Below are positions 1-7,922 of a stretch of 24,000 nucleotides of DNA, piece by piece. The stretch lies in the NCBI GenBank assembly GCA_030602315.1, contig JAUVZY010000003.1, positions 59,537 through 83,536 of the forward strand. The letters are read 5' to 3'. Position 1 is the stretch's first letter; each line of letters begins with the position of its first letter. The notes under the pieces were generated by a model that saw only the letters and a list, made by a program, of their open reading frames with translations, ran no database searches and was not told the DNA's origin. The DNA comes from Pseudomonadaceae bacterium (GTDB taxonomy: Bacteria > Pseudomonadota > Gammaproteobacteria > Pseudomonadales > Pseudomonadaceae). Both the position numbers and the translations under genes were made by a program.

Positions 1-724
1 GGCACTTAGCCGGGTCGCCGGGGGGCAACCGATCGCCTTGCGTTGCGCGGGACGTACCGATGCCCTGGTGCATGCGAGCGGCCAGGTGGTGCATTTCGAC
101 ACGTCAGTGCAGCGTACCGAGCATGCCTGGGTCATGGGGGCGAATGCGAACCTACCGCCGGATATCAGTGTCACCTGGGCAAAGCCTATGTCGATGGATT
201 TCGACGCTCGCTTCAGCGCCCAGGCTCGACGCTATCGCTACGTCATTTACAACGATCAGATTCGCCCGGCTCACCTTGCCGAGGAAGTCACTTGGAATCA
301 TCGTCCACTTGATATCGCCCGCATGAGGGATGCGGCGCGGACGTTTATTGGAACGCATGATTTCAGCGCTTTCCGCGCGCAGCAGTGCCAGGCGAAGTCG
401 CCGATCAAGACGGTCCATCATCTCGAAGTGCTGCAGTCGGGCAAATTCGTCGTGCTTGATATTCGGGCCGATGCCTTTCTGCATCACATGGTGCGCAACA
501 TCGCAGGCGTGCTGATGACGATCGGCGCGGCGGAGCGTTCCGTGGATTGGGCGAGGGAGGTGCTGGAGTCTCGCGAGCGTCGCAAGGGGGGGGTCACTGC
601 GCATCCTTACGGTCTGTATCTGATCCAGGTGGATTATCCACCGCAGTTCCAGTTGCCCGAGCGTTATCTTGGGCCGCATTTTCTGTCTGCCTTGATCGAT
701 GTACGGCGCGATCCGGTTGGCTAG
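1..724 (+). CDS. truA: tRNA pseudouridine(38-40) synthase TruA, 3' portion (start codon upstream of the window; frame is open from nt 2)
   Basis: The frame is open from nt 2 (ALSRVAGGQPIALRCAGRTDALVHASGQVVHFDT...). It carries the TruA catalytic-Asp motif GRTDAxVHA and the later FLHHMVRNIAG block. Stop is TAG 722-724. The track start at 38 is an internal TTG. Confidence 0.9.
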   Translation, partial: ALSRVAGGQPIALRCAGRTDALVHASGQVVHFDTSVQRTEHAWVMGANANLPPDISVTWAKPMSMDFDARFSAQARRYRYVIYNDQIRPAHLAEEVTWNHRPLDIARMRDAARTFIGTHDFSAFRAQQCQAKSPIKTVHHLEVLQSGKFVVLDIRADAFLHHMVRNIAGVLMTIGAAERSVDWAREVLESRERRKGGVTAHPYGLYLIQVDYPPQFQLPERYLGPHFLSALIDVRRDPVG

Positions 725-815
725 GGATTGTGAGGCCAGCGCCACAGGGGGAGCGTGACTTGCAGGGTTTGGCGGTTTTGCTACCATCCCGTGAATTTTT
801 TCCGAGGATCTCGGC

Positions 816-1436
816 GTGCCGCTGACCCGAGCAAAGATCTGTGGGATCACTCGCATCGAGGACGCGCTCTGCGCGGTCGAGGCGGGGGCTGACGCGATCG
901 GACTGGTGTTTTACGACAAGAGCCCGCGTGCGATCAGCGCGACAAAGGCGCGCGCGATCGTCGATGCGCTGCCGCCGTTCGTTTCGGTAGTTGGCTTGTT
1001 CGTCAACTGTCCCAGACCCGAGCTGGAGCGCATCCTGGAATTCGTGCCGCTGGATCGGCTGCAATTTCATGGCGACGAGACGCCAGAAGAGTGCGCAGGT
1101 TACGGCAGGCCCTGGTACAAGGCTCTGCGCGTGCAGGCTGGCGAGGATCTTGCGAGCCGGGTCAACGCCTACCAGGGGGCCTCAGCCATTCTGCTCGATA
1201 CCTACGTCGCGGGTGTGCCGGGCGGCACCGGTGAGGTGTTCGATTGGTCACTGATCCCAGCGCAGCTGAGCAAGCCCCTGATCCTCGCCGGAGGGCTTGA
1301 TTCGGAAAACGTCGAGCGTGCAATTACCAGCGTCAGGCCGTACGCGGTTGATGTCAGCGGTGGGGTCGAGCGTGAAAAGGGCGTAAAGGATGCGGCCAAG
1401 GTCCAGGCCTTCATCCAGCGCGTGAGGCGAATGTGA
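816..1436 (+). CDS. trpF: N-(5'-phosphoribosyl)anthranilate isomerase
   Basis: 206 aa with a GTG start at 816. The N-terminus [34 protein letters not shown] and the C-terminal ILAGGL...VDVSGGVE are typical TrpF (TIM-barrel PRAI). It follows truA as in Pseudomonas. Confidence 0.9.
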   Translation: MPLTRAKICGITRIEDALCAVEAGADAIGLVFYDKSPRAISATKARAIVDALPPFVSVVGLFVNCPRPELERILEFVPLDRLQFHGDETPEECAGYGRPWYKALRVQAGEDLASRVNAYQGASAILLDTYVAGVPGGTGEVFDWSLIPAQLSKPLILAGGLDSENVERAITSVRPYAVDVSGGVEREKGVKDAAKVQAFIQRVRRM

Positions 1437-1468
1437 CGGATGGACGGATTGCTCCGTCCAGTATCCGT
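1436..1468 (+). other. Stem-loop that begins within the trpF stop codon (13 bp with a 3-nt bulge, no T-tract)
   Basis: ACGGATGGACGGA (1436-1448), loop TTGC, TCCGTCCA (1453-1460), bulge GTA, TCCGT (1464-1468). The inner 8 bp are perfect. Confidence 0.4.
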
Positions 1469-1579
1469 TGCGTCTTACGTGTTATTCGTGCTCTCGGGGC
1501 GATACCCGGGAGGCCATTGAACGAGTTAACCCAGGTGCGCCAGTTGCGCGCCGGGATCTGAAGTTGTGGAGAACAAGAG

Positions 1580-2473
1580 ATGAGCAACTGGCTGGTCGAC
1601 AAGCTGATCCCTTCGATCATGCGTTCCGAGGTCAAGAAAAGCTCGGTCCCAGAGGGGCTTTGGCACAAATGTCCGTCCTGCGATGCGGTGTTGTACCGCC
1701 CGGAGCTGGAAAAATCGCTGGATGTTTGCCCCAAGTGCCAGCATCACATGCGTATCGATGCCCGTACCCGCCTGGATCTCTTCCTCGATTCCGAGGGGCG
1801 GGAAGAGCTTGGTATCGAGCTTGAACCTGTCGATCGACTGAAGTTTCGTGACAGCAAGAAGTACAAGGATCGCCTGAGCGCGGCACAGAAGCAGACCGGC
1901 GAGAAAGACGCCCTGGTTGCAATGAGTGGCAGTCTGATGGGGCTGCCGATCGTGGCATGCGCCTTCGAATTCAGCTTCATGGGCGGCTCCATGGGTGCCA
2001 TCGTTGGCGAGCGTTTCGTTCGGGCGGCCAATGCGGCGCTGGAAATGCGGTGTCCGCTCGTTTGTTTCTCGGCTTCCGGTGGCGCGCGTATGCAGGAAGC
2101 GCTGATCTCGCTGATGCAGATGGCGAAAACCTCTGCTGTGCTGGCTCGCCTGCGCGAGGAGGGTCTGCCATTCATCTCCGTGCTGACCGATCCGGTCTAT
2201 GGTGGTGTGTCGGCCAGTCTGGCGATGCTTGGTGATGTCATCGTTGCCGAGCCGAAGGCGCTGATCGGTTTCGCCGGGCCGCGCGTAATTGAGCAGACCG
2301 TGCGCGAAAAGCTGCCCGAAGGCTTCCAGCGCAGCGAGTTCCTGCTCGATCATGGCGCTATCGACCTGATCATTCCGCGCGACCAGCTGCGTCCGCGCCT
2401 TGCTCGTCTGCTCGCCCAGTTGCAGGGCCTCCCGACGCCGCAAATGGCCGAGCAACTGCCGGTTTCTGCATGA
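1580..2473 (+). CDS. accD: acetyl-CoA carboxylase carboxyltransferase beta subunit
   Basis: 297 aa starting [13 protein letters not shown]. It has the AccD zinc ribbon [26 protein letters not shown] and the carboxyltransferase core [18 protein letters not shown] lies upstream of the ATG. Confidence 0.95.
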   Translation: MSNWLVDKLIPSIMRSEVKKSSVPEGLWHKCPSCDAVLYRPELEKSLDVCPKCQHHMRIDARTRLDLFLDSEGREELGIELEPVDRLKFRDSKKYKDRLSAAQKQTGEKDALVAMSGSLMGLPIVACAFEFSFMGGSMGAIVGERFVRAANAALEMRCPLVCFSASGGARMQEALISLMQMAKTSAVLARLREEGLPFISVLTDPVYGGVSASLAMLGDVIVAEPKALIGFAGPRVIEQTVREKLPEGFQRSEFLLDHGAIDLIIPRDQLRPRLARLLAQLQGLPTPQMAEQLPVSA

Positions 2474-3777
2474 GCGAACGCTCGCTGGCTGATTGGCTAG
2501 CCTATCTGGAGCAGCTGCACCCGACCGCCATCGACATGGGGCTGGAGCGGGTGCGGTCGGTCGCCGCTCGTCTCGGCCTCGGGCGCCCGGCACCGCGCGT
2601 GGTGACGGTCACCGGCACCAATGGCAAGGGATCGACCTGTGCTTTCCTGGCGGCGCTGCTGGGCGCTGAAGGTCGCAAGGTCGGCATCTACAGCTCACCG
2701 CATCTGCAACGGTATAACGAGCGGGTCTGGATCGATGGTGATCTGGCTTCGGACGGCGCGCTGTGCGAGGCCTTCGCCGCGGTCGAGCGTGCGCGTGGCG
2801 ATGTTTCGCTGACCTACTTCGAGATGGGCACATTGGCCGCGTTCTGGCTGTTCGAGCGGGCGGCCCTCGATGTCGCTGTGCTGGAAGTCGGGCTCGGCGG
2901 TCGGCTGGACGCGGTTAATGTGGTCGATGCCGACGTTGCAGTATTGACCAGCATTGGTCTGGATCACGCCGAATGGCTGGGCAATACCCGCGAAAGTGTT
3001 GCCACCGAGAAAGCTGGCATCTTCCGCGCCGGTCGGCCGGCCGTATGCGGCGACCTCGATCCGCCCGAAGTTCTCGAGCAGATCGCCCGATCGCTCAATG
3101 TCGAGCCGTGGCTGTGCCGTGGGCGTGACTTCCAGCTTCAGGCAGGCACTGATCATTGGGATTGGCAGGGGGTCGATCGGCATGGCCAGCCTGTGCACCT
3201 GCGCAACCTGCCGCTGCTCGAGCTGCCCATCGAAAATGCCGCTGTTGCGCTACAGGCGTTTTACCTGCTGGAGGCCGCGCCCGACGAGGAAGCGGTCATT
3301 CGGGGGCTGCGTAGTGCGCGCCTGACCGGTCGATTCGACCGACGCCGCGCCTTGTATGAGGGACGCAGCGTCCAGTTGCTGCTGGATGTCGGGCATAACC
3401 CGCACGCGGCCGAATATCTGGCTCGCCGTCTGGAGCGCTTGCCGCACTCCGGTCGACGCCTGGCTGTGTTCGGGTTGCTGGCCGACAAGGACCTGCAGGG
3501 AGTGGTGGCTGCGCTTCGACCACAGTTCGATAGCTGGGCGGTGTGTACCCTGGATAGCTCTCGCGCCCGCCCCGCAACGGAGCTGGCGGCGGTGCTGGAG
3601 CAGCAGGGTGCTGCCGTTTGCGCCTATGATTCGGTCGTCCAGGCGCTGGAGGCGAGCTGTGCGCAGGCCGGCGCAGAGGATCTGGTCGTGGTGTTCGGTT
3701 CGTTCTACTGCGTGGCCGAGTGCCTGGACTGGCTGGAGCGGCACGCAGGGGAGAAAGTGGATGGCCTGGCTGGATAG
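2470..3777 (+). CDS. folC: bifunctional folylpolyglutamate synthase / dihydrofolate synthase
   Basis: 435 aa. The ATG overlaps the accD stop (ATGA). It has the Mur-ligase P-loop [10 protein letters not shown] and the DHAEWLG block, and follows accD as in enterics and pseudomonads. Confidence 0.93.
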   Translation: MSERSLADWLAYLEQLHPTAIDMGLERVRSVAARLGLGRPAPRVVTVTGTNGKGSTCAFLAALLGAEGRKVGIYSSPHLQRYNERVWIDGDLASDGALCEAFAAVERARGDVSLTYFEMGTLAAFWLFERAALDVAVLEVGLGGRLDAVNVVDADVAVLTSIGLDHAEWLGNTRESVATEKAGIFRAGRPAVCGDLDPPEVLEQIARSLNVEPWLCRGRDFQLQAGTDHWDWQGVDRHGQPVHLRNLPLLELPIENAAVALQAFYLLEAAPDEEAVIRGLRSARLTGRFDRRRALYEGRSVQLLLDVGHNPHAAEYLARRLERLPHSGRRLAVFGLLADKDLQGVVAALRPQFDSWAVCTLDSSRARPATELAAVLEQQGAAVCAYDSVVQALEASCAQAGAEDLVVVFGSFYCVAECLDWLERHAGEKVDGLAG

Positions 3778-4372
3778 GGGATTGAAACAGCGCATCGTGG
3801 GGGCATTGGTCCTGGTCGCGCTGGCGGTGGTGTTTCTTCCGATGCTGTTGACACGCGAAGACGAGCGTCGCGAGGTCCGTGTCGAGGCGCCGCCAATGCC
3901 GGAAGCGCCGAGCAGCATGCCGCCGGAACTGGAACTCGTCGAGGTTCCTGAGCCTGAGTCCGACCCGATCGAATCGGTGGCGCTGAGCGAGCCGGTTGCC
4001 CCTTCAGGGCCTCCAGTGGTTCAGCCGCCGGTTTCCGTACCGCCGGTTGCGGCGGCGGTCGCGCCGGCCCAGCCAAGCGCTGCGCAGACTCAGCCTCCTG
4101 CATCCGCGCCGGCCCGGCTGGATGCCAGCGGGTTGCCGGTCAGTTGGTCGATCCAGTTGGCGAGCCTCTCCAGCCGCGCCAACGCCGAGGCATTGGTTCA
4201 GAAGCTCCGTGCGCAGGGCTACAACGGTTATATGCGCCAAGTGGAGGGCATGAACCGGGTCTATGTCGGGCCGTTGATCGAGCGCAGTGAGGCCGAACGC
4301 TTGCGGGAGCAGCTTAAGCGTCAGCAGAAGCTCGATGGTTTCATTGTCCGCTTCACCCCTGAACGTCAGTAA
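3761..4372 (+). CDS. dedD: DedD-like cell-division protein: N-terminal TM helix, Pro-rich linker, C-terminal SPOR domain
   Basis: ATG 3761 ([30 protein letters not shown]) overlaps the folC end by 17 nt. A Pro/Ala-rich linker is followed by the SPOR-like WSIQLASLSSRANAEALVQKLRAQGYNGYMRQVEGMNRVYVGPLIERSEAERLREQLK. The track ORF from 3356 is an out-of-frame overlap with folC and is not used. Confidence 0.85.
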   Translation: MAWLDRGLKQRIVGALVLVALAVVFLPMLLTREDERREVRVEAPPMPEAPSSMPPELELVEVPEPESDPIESVALSEPVAPSGPPVVQPPVSVPPVAAAVAPAQPSAAQTQPPASAPARLDASGLPVSWSIQLASLSSRANAEALVQKLRAQGYNGYMRQVEGMNRVYVGPLIERSEAERLREQLKRQQKLDGFIVRFTPERQ

Positions 4373-4414
4373 GTTCTGCAGCCGGTCGCCTTTAGCAGGG
4401 AAGGCGGCGGGGTG

Positions 4415-4445
4415 TTTACCCGGGGCGACGGCCCTCTGCTAGAAT
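4415..4445 (+). promoter_or_regulatory. Putative sigma70 promoter for cvpA-purF (extended -10 TGcTAGAAT)
   Basis: TAGAAT lies at 4440-4445, preceded by TGC (TGn extended -10). The weak -35 TTTACC at 4415-4420 has a long 19-nt spacer. The -10 is followed by a GC-rich stretch. Confidence 0.3.
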
Positions 4446-4478
4446 GCGCGCCCTTGCTCCTCATTGCAGAGCCATGCC

Positions 4479-4991
4479 GTGGCACTTACCTGGGTCGATT
4501 GGGTCATCGTCGGCATCGTCATCGTTTCCAGCCTGATCAGTCTCAAGCGTGGCTTCGTCAAGGAAGCCTTGTCGCTAGTGACTTGGGTCATCGCGGGCGT
4601 TGTGGCCTGGCTGTTCGGTGGCGCACTGTCGCAGCATCTGACCGAATTCATCAGCACACCTTCGGTTCGCGTGATCGCGGCGTGTGGATTGTTGTTCGTG
4701 GCGACGTTGCTGGTGGGCGCGCTGGTCAATTTCCTGTTGGGCGAGTTGATCCGAGTGACCGGACTGTCTGGAACAGACCGCTTTCTCGGCATGGTGTTCG
4801 GTGCCGCGCGGGGTGGACTGTTGGTCGTGGTGCTGGTTGGGCTGGTCAGTCTCGCTCCGGTTCATCAGGACGCCTGGTGGCAGGAGTCCAGCCTGGTGCC
4901 GCACTTCCTCATGGTGGCTGACTGGTCGAAGAATCTGATTCTCGGCTTTGGTGGCCAATGGGTCGCAGGTTCGCTCGGCGCATCGGGCTGA
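4479..4991 (+). CDS. cvpA: colicin V production / membrane integrity protein CvpA
   Basis: The match to E. coli CvpA runs from the N-terminus (ALTWVDWVIVGIVIVSSLISLKRGFVKEALSLVTW; GLSGTDRFLGMVFGAARG). A GTG at 4479 gives MALTWVDW. The track start TTG 4464 is an alternative 5 codons upstream. Confidence 0.85.
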   Translation: MALTWVDWVIVGIVIVSSLISLKRGFVKEALSLVTWVIAGVVAWLFGGALSQHLTEFISTPSVRVIAACGLLFVATLLVGALVNFLLGELIRVTGLSGTDRFLGMVFGAARGGLLVVVLVGLVSLAPVHQDAWWQESSLVPHFLMVADWSKNLILGFGGQWVAGSLGASG

Positions 4992-5054
4992 GCCGTCATC
5001 ACCCGGCGCGCCGGGTACTTCTTCTGGCTGTAACGAATCGAGAGGTTGTCTTGC

Positions 5055-6560
5055 ATGTGTGGCATCGTCGGCATCGTCGGTAAGTCGAGCGTCAATCAGT
5101 CTTTGTATGACGCACTGACCGTACTGCAGCACCGGGGCCAGGACGCAGCCGGCATCGTAACCTGCCATGACGGAAGGCTATACCTGCGCAAGGACAACGG
5201 CCTGGTCCGGGATGTCTTTCAGCAGCGTCACATGCAGCGCCTGATCGGCAACATGGGCATCGGCCATGTGCGCTATCCCACCGCGGGCAGCTCCAGTTCC
5301 GCCGAGGCGCAGCCGTTCTACGTCAATTCGCCCTATGGCATCACCTTGGCGCACAACGGCAACCTGACCAACGTGGCTCAGCTCGCCAAGGAAATCTACG
5401 AATCCGACCTGCGCCATGTGAACACCAGTTCCGACTCGGAAGTGCTGCTGAACGTGTTTGCCCATGAGCTGGCTGTCCTCGGCAAGCTGCAGCCGACCGA
5501 GGAAGACATCTTCACCGCGGTAGCGAAGGTCCACGAGCGCTGCCGTGGCGGCTATGCGGTGGTGGCGATGGTCACCGGATACGGCATGGTGGGCTTCCGT
5601 GATCCCCATGCGATCCGTCCGATCGTGTTCGGTCAGCGGCACACCGACGAGGGTGTCGAATACATGATCGCCTCGGAAAGCGTTGCTCTCGACGTGCTGG
5701 GCTTTACGCTGATCCGCGATCTGGCACCGGGCGAAGCGGTGTACATCACCAACGAAGGTCAGCTGTTCACCCGTCAGTGCGCCACCAATCCGCAGGTCAC
5801 GCCGTGCATCTTCGAGCACGTCTACCTCGCGCGCTCGGACTCCTTCATGGACGGTGTGTCGGTATACAAGGCGCGTATGCGCATGGGCGAGAAGCTTGCC
5901 GAGAAGATCATGCGCGAGCGGCCCGACCACGATATCGACGTGATTATTCCGATTCCCGATACCAGCCGTACGGCGGCACTGGAGCTGGCCAACAAGCTGG
6001 GTGTGAAGTTCCGCGAAGGTTTCGTTAAGAACCGCTACATCGGGCGCACCTTCATCATGCCCGGACAGGCCGCGCGCAAGAAGTCCGTGCGCCAGAAGCT
6101 CAATGCCATCGGCCTCGAGTTTCGCGGCAAGAACGTGATGCTGGTGGACGACTCGATCGTGCGGGGCACCACTTGCAAGCAGATCATCCAGATGGCCCGC
6201 GAGGCCGGCGCCAAGAATGTCTACTTCTGTTCGGCGGCACCGGCAGTACGCTACCCGAACGTGTATGGCATCGATATGCCCAGCGCCCATGAGCTCATTG
6301 CGCACAATCGCAGCACCGACGACGTCGCCGAGTTGATTGGCGCCGATTGGCTGATCTATCAGGACCTTGAAGACCTCATCGCCGCGGTGGCCGGCCCAAA
6401 GGTGAAGATCAAGGAATTCGATTGCGCCGTGTTCGACGGAAAGTACGTGACCGGCGACGTGGATGAGGCCTATCTGCAGCGCATCGAACAGGCGCGTAAC
6501 GATGCGAGCAAGACCAAGCAGAACACAATGAGTGCGATCATCGATCTGTATAACGATTGA
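5055..6560 (+). CDS. purF: amidophosphoribosyltransferase (glutamine PRPP amidotransferase)
   Basis: ATG 5055 gives MCGIVGIVG, with the obligatory N-terminal nucleophile Cys right after Met (501 aa). The PRPP loop is [13 protein letters not shown]. The track start TTG 5046 would add MSC and bury the Ntn cysteine. Confidence 0.95.
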   Translation: MCGIVGIVGKSSVNQSLYDALTVLQHRGQDAAGIVTCHDGRLYLRKDNGLVRDVFQQRHMQRLIGNMGIGHVRYPTAGSSSSAEAQPFYVNSPYGITLAHNGNLTNVAQLAKEIYESDLRHVNTSSDSEVLLNVFAHELAVLGKLQPTEEDIFTAVAKVHERCRGGYAVVAMVTGYGMVGFRDPHAIRPIVFGQRHTDEGVEYMIASESVALDVLGFTLIRDLAPGEAVYITNEGQLFTRQCATNPQVTPCIFEHVYLARSDSFMDGVSVYKARMRMGEKLAEKIMRERPDHDIDVIIPIPDTSRTAALELANKLGVKFREGFVKNRYIGRTFIMPGQAARKKSVRQKLNAIGLEFRGKNVMLVDDSIVRGTTCKQIIQMAREAGAKNVYFCSAAPAVRYPNVYGIDMPSAHELIAHNRSTDDVAELIGADWLIYQDLEDLIAAVAGPKVKIKEFDCAVFDGKYVTGDVDEAYLQRIEQARNDASKTKQNTMSAIIDLYND

Positions 6561-6629
6561 AGGTGCGCACGGCAGCGAAGCTGCGCGCGGGTAGCAGGCG
6601 CGGGGTGAACGACTCCCTGGCGCAAGCGG

Positions 6630-6656
6630 AAAGGCCGATTCGGCCTTTTCGCGTTT
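6630..6656 (+). terminator. Rho-independent terminator-like hairpin after purF
   Basis: AAAGGCCG (6630-6637), loop ATT, CGGCCTTT (6641-6648), followed by TCGCGTTTCT. The stem is short (8 bp), so it is probably leaky. Confidence 0.5.
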
Positions 6657-6677
6657 CTGGTTAAGCGGAGATTGAAG

Positions 6678-7889
6678 ATGGCGATTGATTGGGAAGCCGG
6701 GCGCTTGGATAGCGACCTCGAGGGCGTGGGCGATGACACGCTGGCGGTGCGTGCCGGTCAGCGGCGAACGCCAGAGGGTGAGCATGGTGAGGCGCTGTTC
6801 TTCACCTCGAGTTACGTCTTCCGTAGCGCGGCCGAGGCGGCGGCGCGATTCGCCGGTGAACGACCGGGTAACGTCTACTCGCGCTATACCAATCCGACCG
6901 TGCGCGCCTTCGAAGAACGCATCGCCGCTTTAGAGGGTGCGGAGCAGGCCGTGGCTACCGCCTCGGGCATGTCGGCAATCATGGCCACGGTGATGAGCCT
7001 GTGCTCGGCCGGCGACCATGTCCTGGTTTCCCGCAGCGTGTTCGGGGCTACCGTTTCGCTGTTCGACAAGTACTTCAAGCGTTTCGGGGTGCAGGTCGAT
7101 TACGTCCCGTTGGCGGATCTGGCTGCCTGGGACGCGGCCTGCAAGCCCAATACGCGGCTGTTCTTCGTCGAGTCGCCGTCCAATCCATTGGCCGAGCTGG
7201 TCGATATCGCGCGCTTGGCCGAAGTTGCCCACCGGCATTCGGCCTTGCTCGCAGTCGATAACTGCTTCTGCACGCCGATTTTGCAGAAGCCATTGGCGCT
7301 TGGCGCCGATATCGTGGTGCATTCGGCGACCAAGTACATTGACGGGCAGGGACGTTGCCTGGGGGGCGTGGTCGCCGGTCGTAGCGAGCTGATGAAGGAA
7401 GTGGTCGGCTTTTTGCGCACCGCCGGGCCGACTCTGAGCCCCTTCAATGCCTGGGTGTTCCTCAAGGGTCTGGAAACGCTGCGGCTGAGGATGCAGGCGC
7501 ACTGCGCCAGTGCGCTGGCGCTCGCCGAATGGCTCGAGCAGCAGCCGGGGATCGAGCGGGTCTACTATTCGGGCCTGCCCAGCCACCCGCAGCATGCCTT
7601 GGCCAGTCAGCAGCAGAAGGCGTTTGGTGCGGTGGTGAGCTTCGAAGTGGCTGGCGGGCGCGAGGGTGCGTGGCGCTTCATCGATGCCACTCGCCTGCTG
7701 TCGATCACGGCCAATCTTGGCGACAGCAAGTCGACCATCACGCATCCGGCCACGACGACCCATGGTCGCTTGACGCCGGACGAGCGCGCCCAGGCCGGCA
7801 TCCGTGACAGCCTGATCCGCATCGCCGTCGGCCTTGAAGATCTCGAGGATCTGAAGCGGGATCTCGCCCGCGGCCTACAAGCTCTTTGA
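6678..7889 (+). CDS. metZ: O-succinylhomoserine sulfhydrylase
   Basis: ATG 6678 follows GCGGAG and gives 403 aa (MAIDWEAGRLDSDLEG..TLAVRAGQRRTPEGEHGEALFFTSSYVF). The Cys/Met-metabolism PLP lysine motif is HSATKYIDGQG. It sits downstream of purF as in Pseudomonas. Confidence 0.92.
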   Translation: MAIDWEAGRLDSDLEGVGDDTLAVRAGQRRTPEGEHGEALFFTSSYVFRSAAEAAARFAGERPGNVYSRYTNPTVRAFEERIAALEGAEQAVATASGMSAIMATVMSLCSAGDHVLVSRSVFGATVSLFDKYFKRFGVQVDYVPLADLAAWDAACKPNTRLFFVESPSNPLAELVDIARLAEVAHRHSALLAVDNCFCTPILQKPLALGADIVVHSATKYIDGQGRCLGGVVAGRSELMKEVVGFLRTAGPTLSPFNAWVFLKGLETLRLRMQAHCASALALAEWLEQQPGIERVYYSGLPSHPQHALASQQQKAFGAVVSFEVAGGREGAWRFIDATRLLSITANLGDSKSTITHPATTTHGRLTPDERAQAGIRDSLIRIAVGLEDLEDLKRDLARGLQAL

Positions 7890-7896
7890 GCTCCTG

Positions 7897-7922
7897 CCAC
7901 AGCTGGCTTGCGCCGGCTGTGG
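7897..7922. terminator. Hairpin exactly between the convergent metZ and secretin stop codons (possible bidirectional terminator)
   Basis: CCACAGCTGG (7897-7906), loop CTTGCG, CCGGCTGTGG (7913-7922). That is 10 bp with one T-G wobble. There is no clear T-tract on either side. Confidence 0.35.

Noticed and set aside
1526-2593. 355-aa ORF on the - strand
   Set aside because: It is antisense to accD, with no recognisable motifs and an R/A/Q-rich junk-like sequence.
3356-3760. N-terminal extension of the DedD-like ORF in the track (338 aa)
   Set aside because: The extension lies wholly inside folC in another frame and is Trp/Arg/Cys-rich. The ATG at 3761 gives the expected short cytoplasmic tail plus TM helix.
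5061-5078. Perfect 9-nt tandem duplication GGCATCGTC GGCATCGTC
   Set aside because: It encodes the conserved GIVGIVG at the PurF N-terminus and is a coding constraint, not a repeat element.
5178-6785. 535-aa ORF on the - strand
   Set aside because: It is entirely antisense to the unambiguous purF gene and spills into the metZ start. The composition is Arg/Ala/Gly/His-rich with no family resemblance. This is a typical high-GC antisense open frame.
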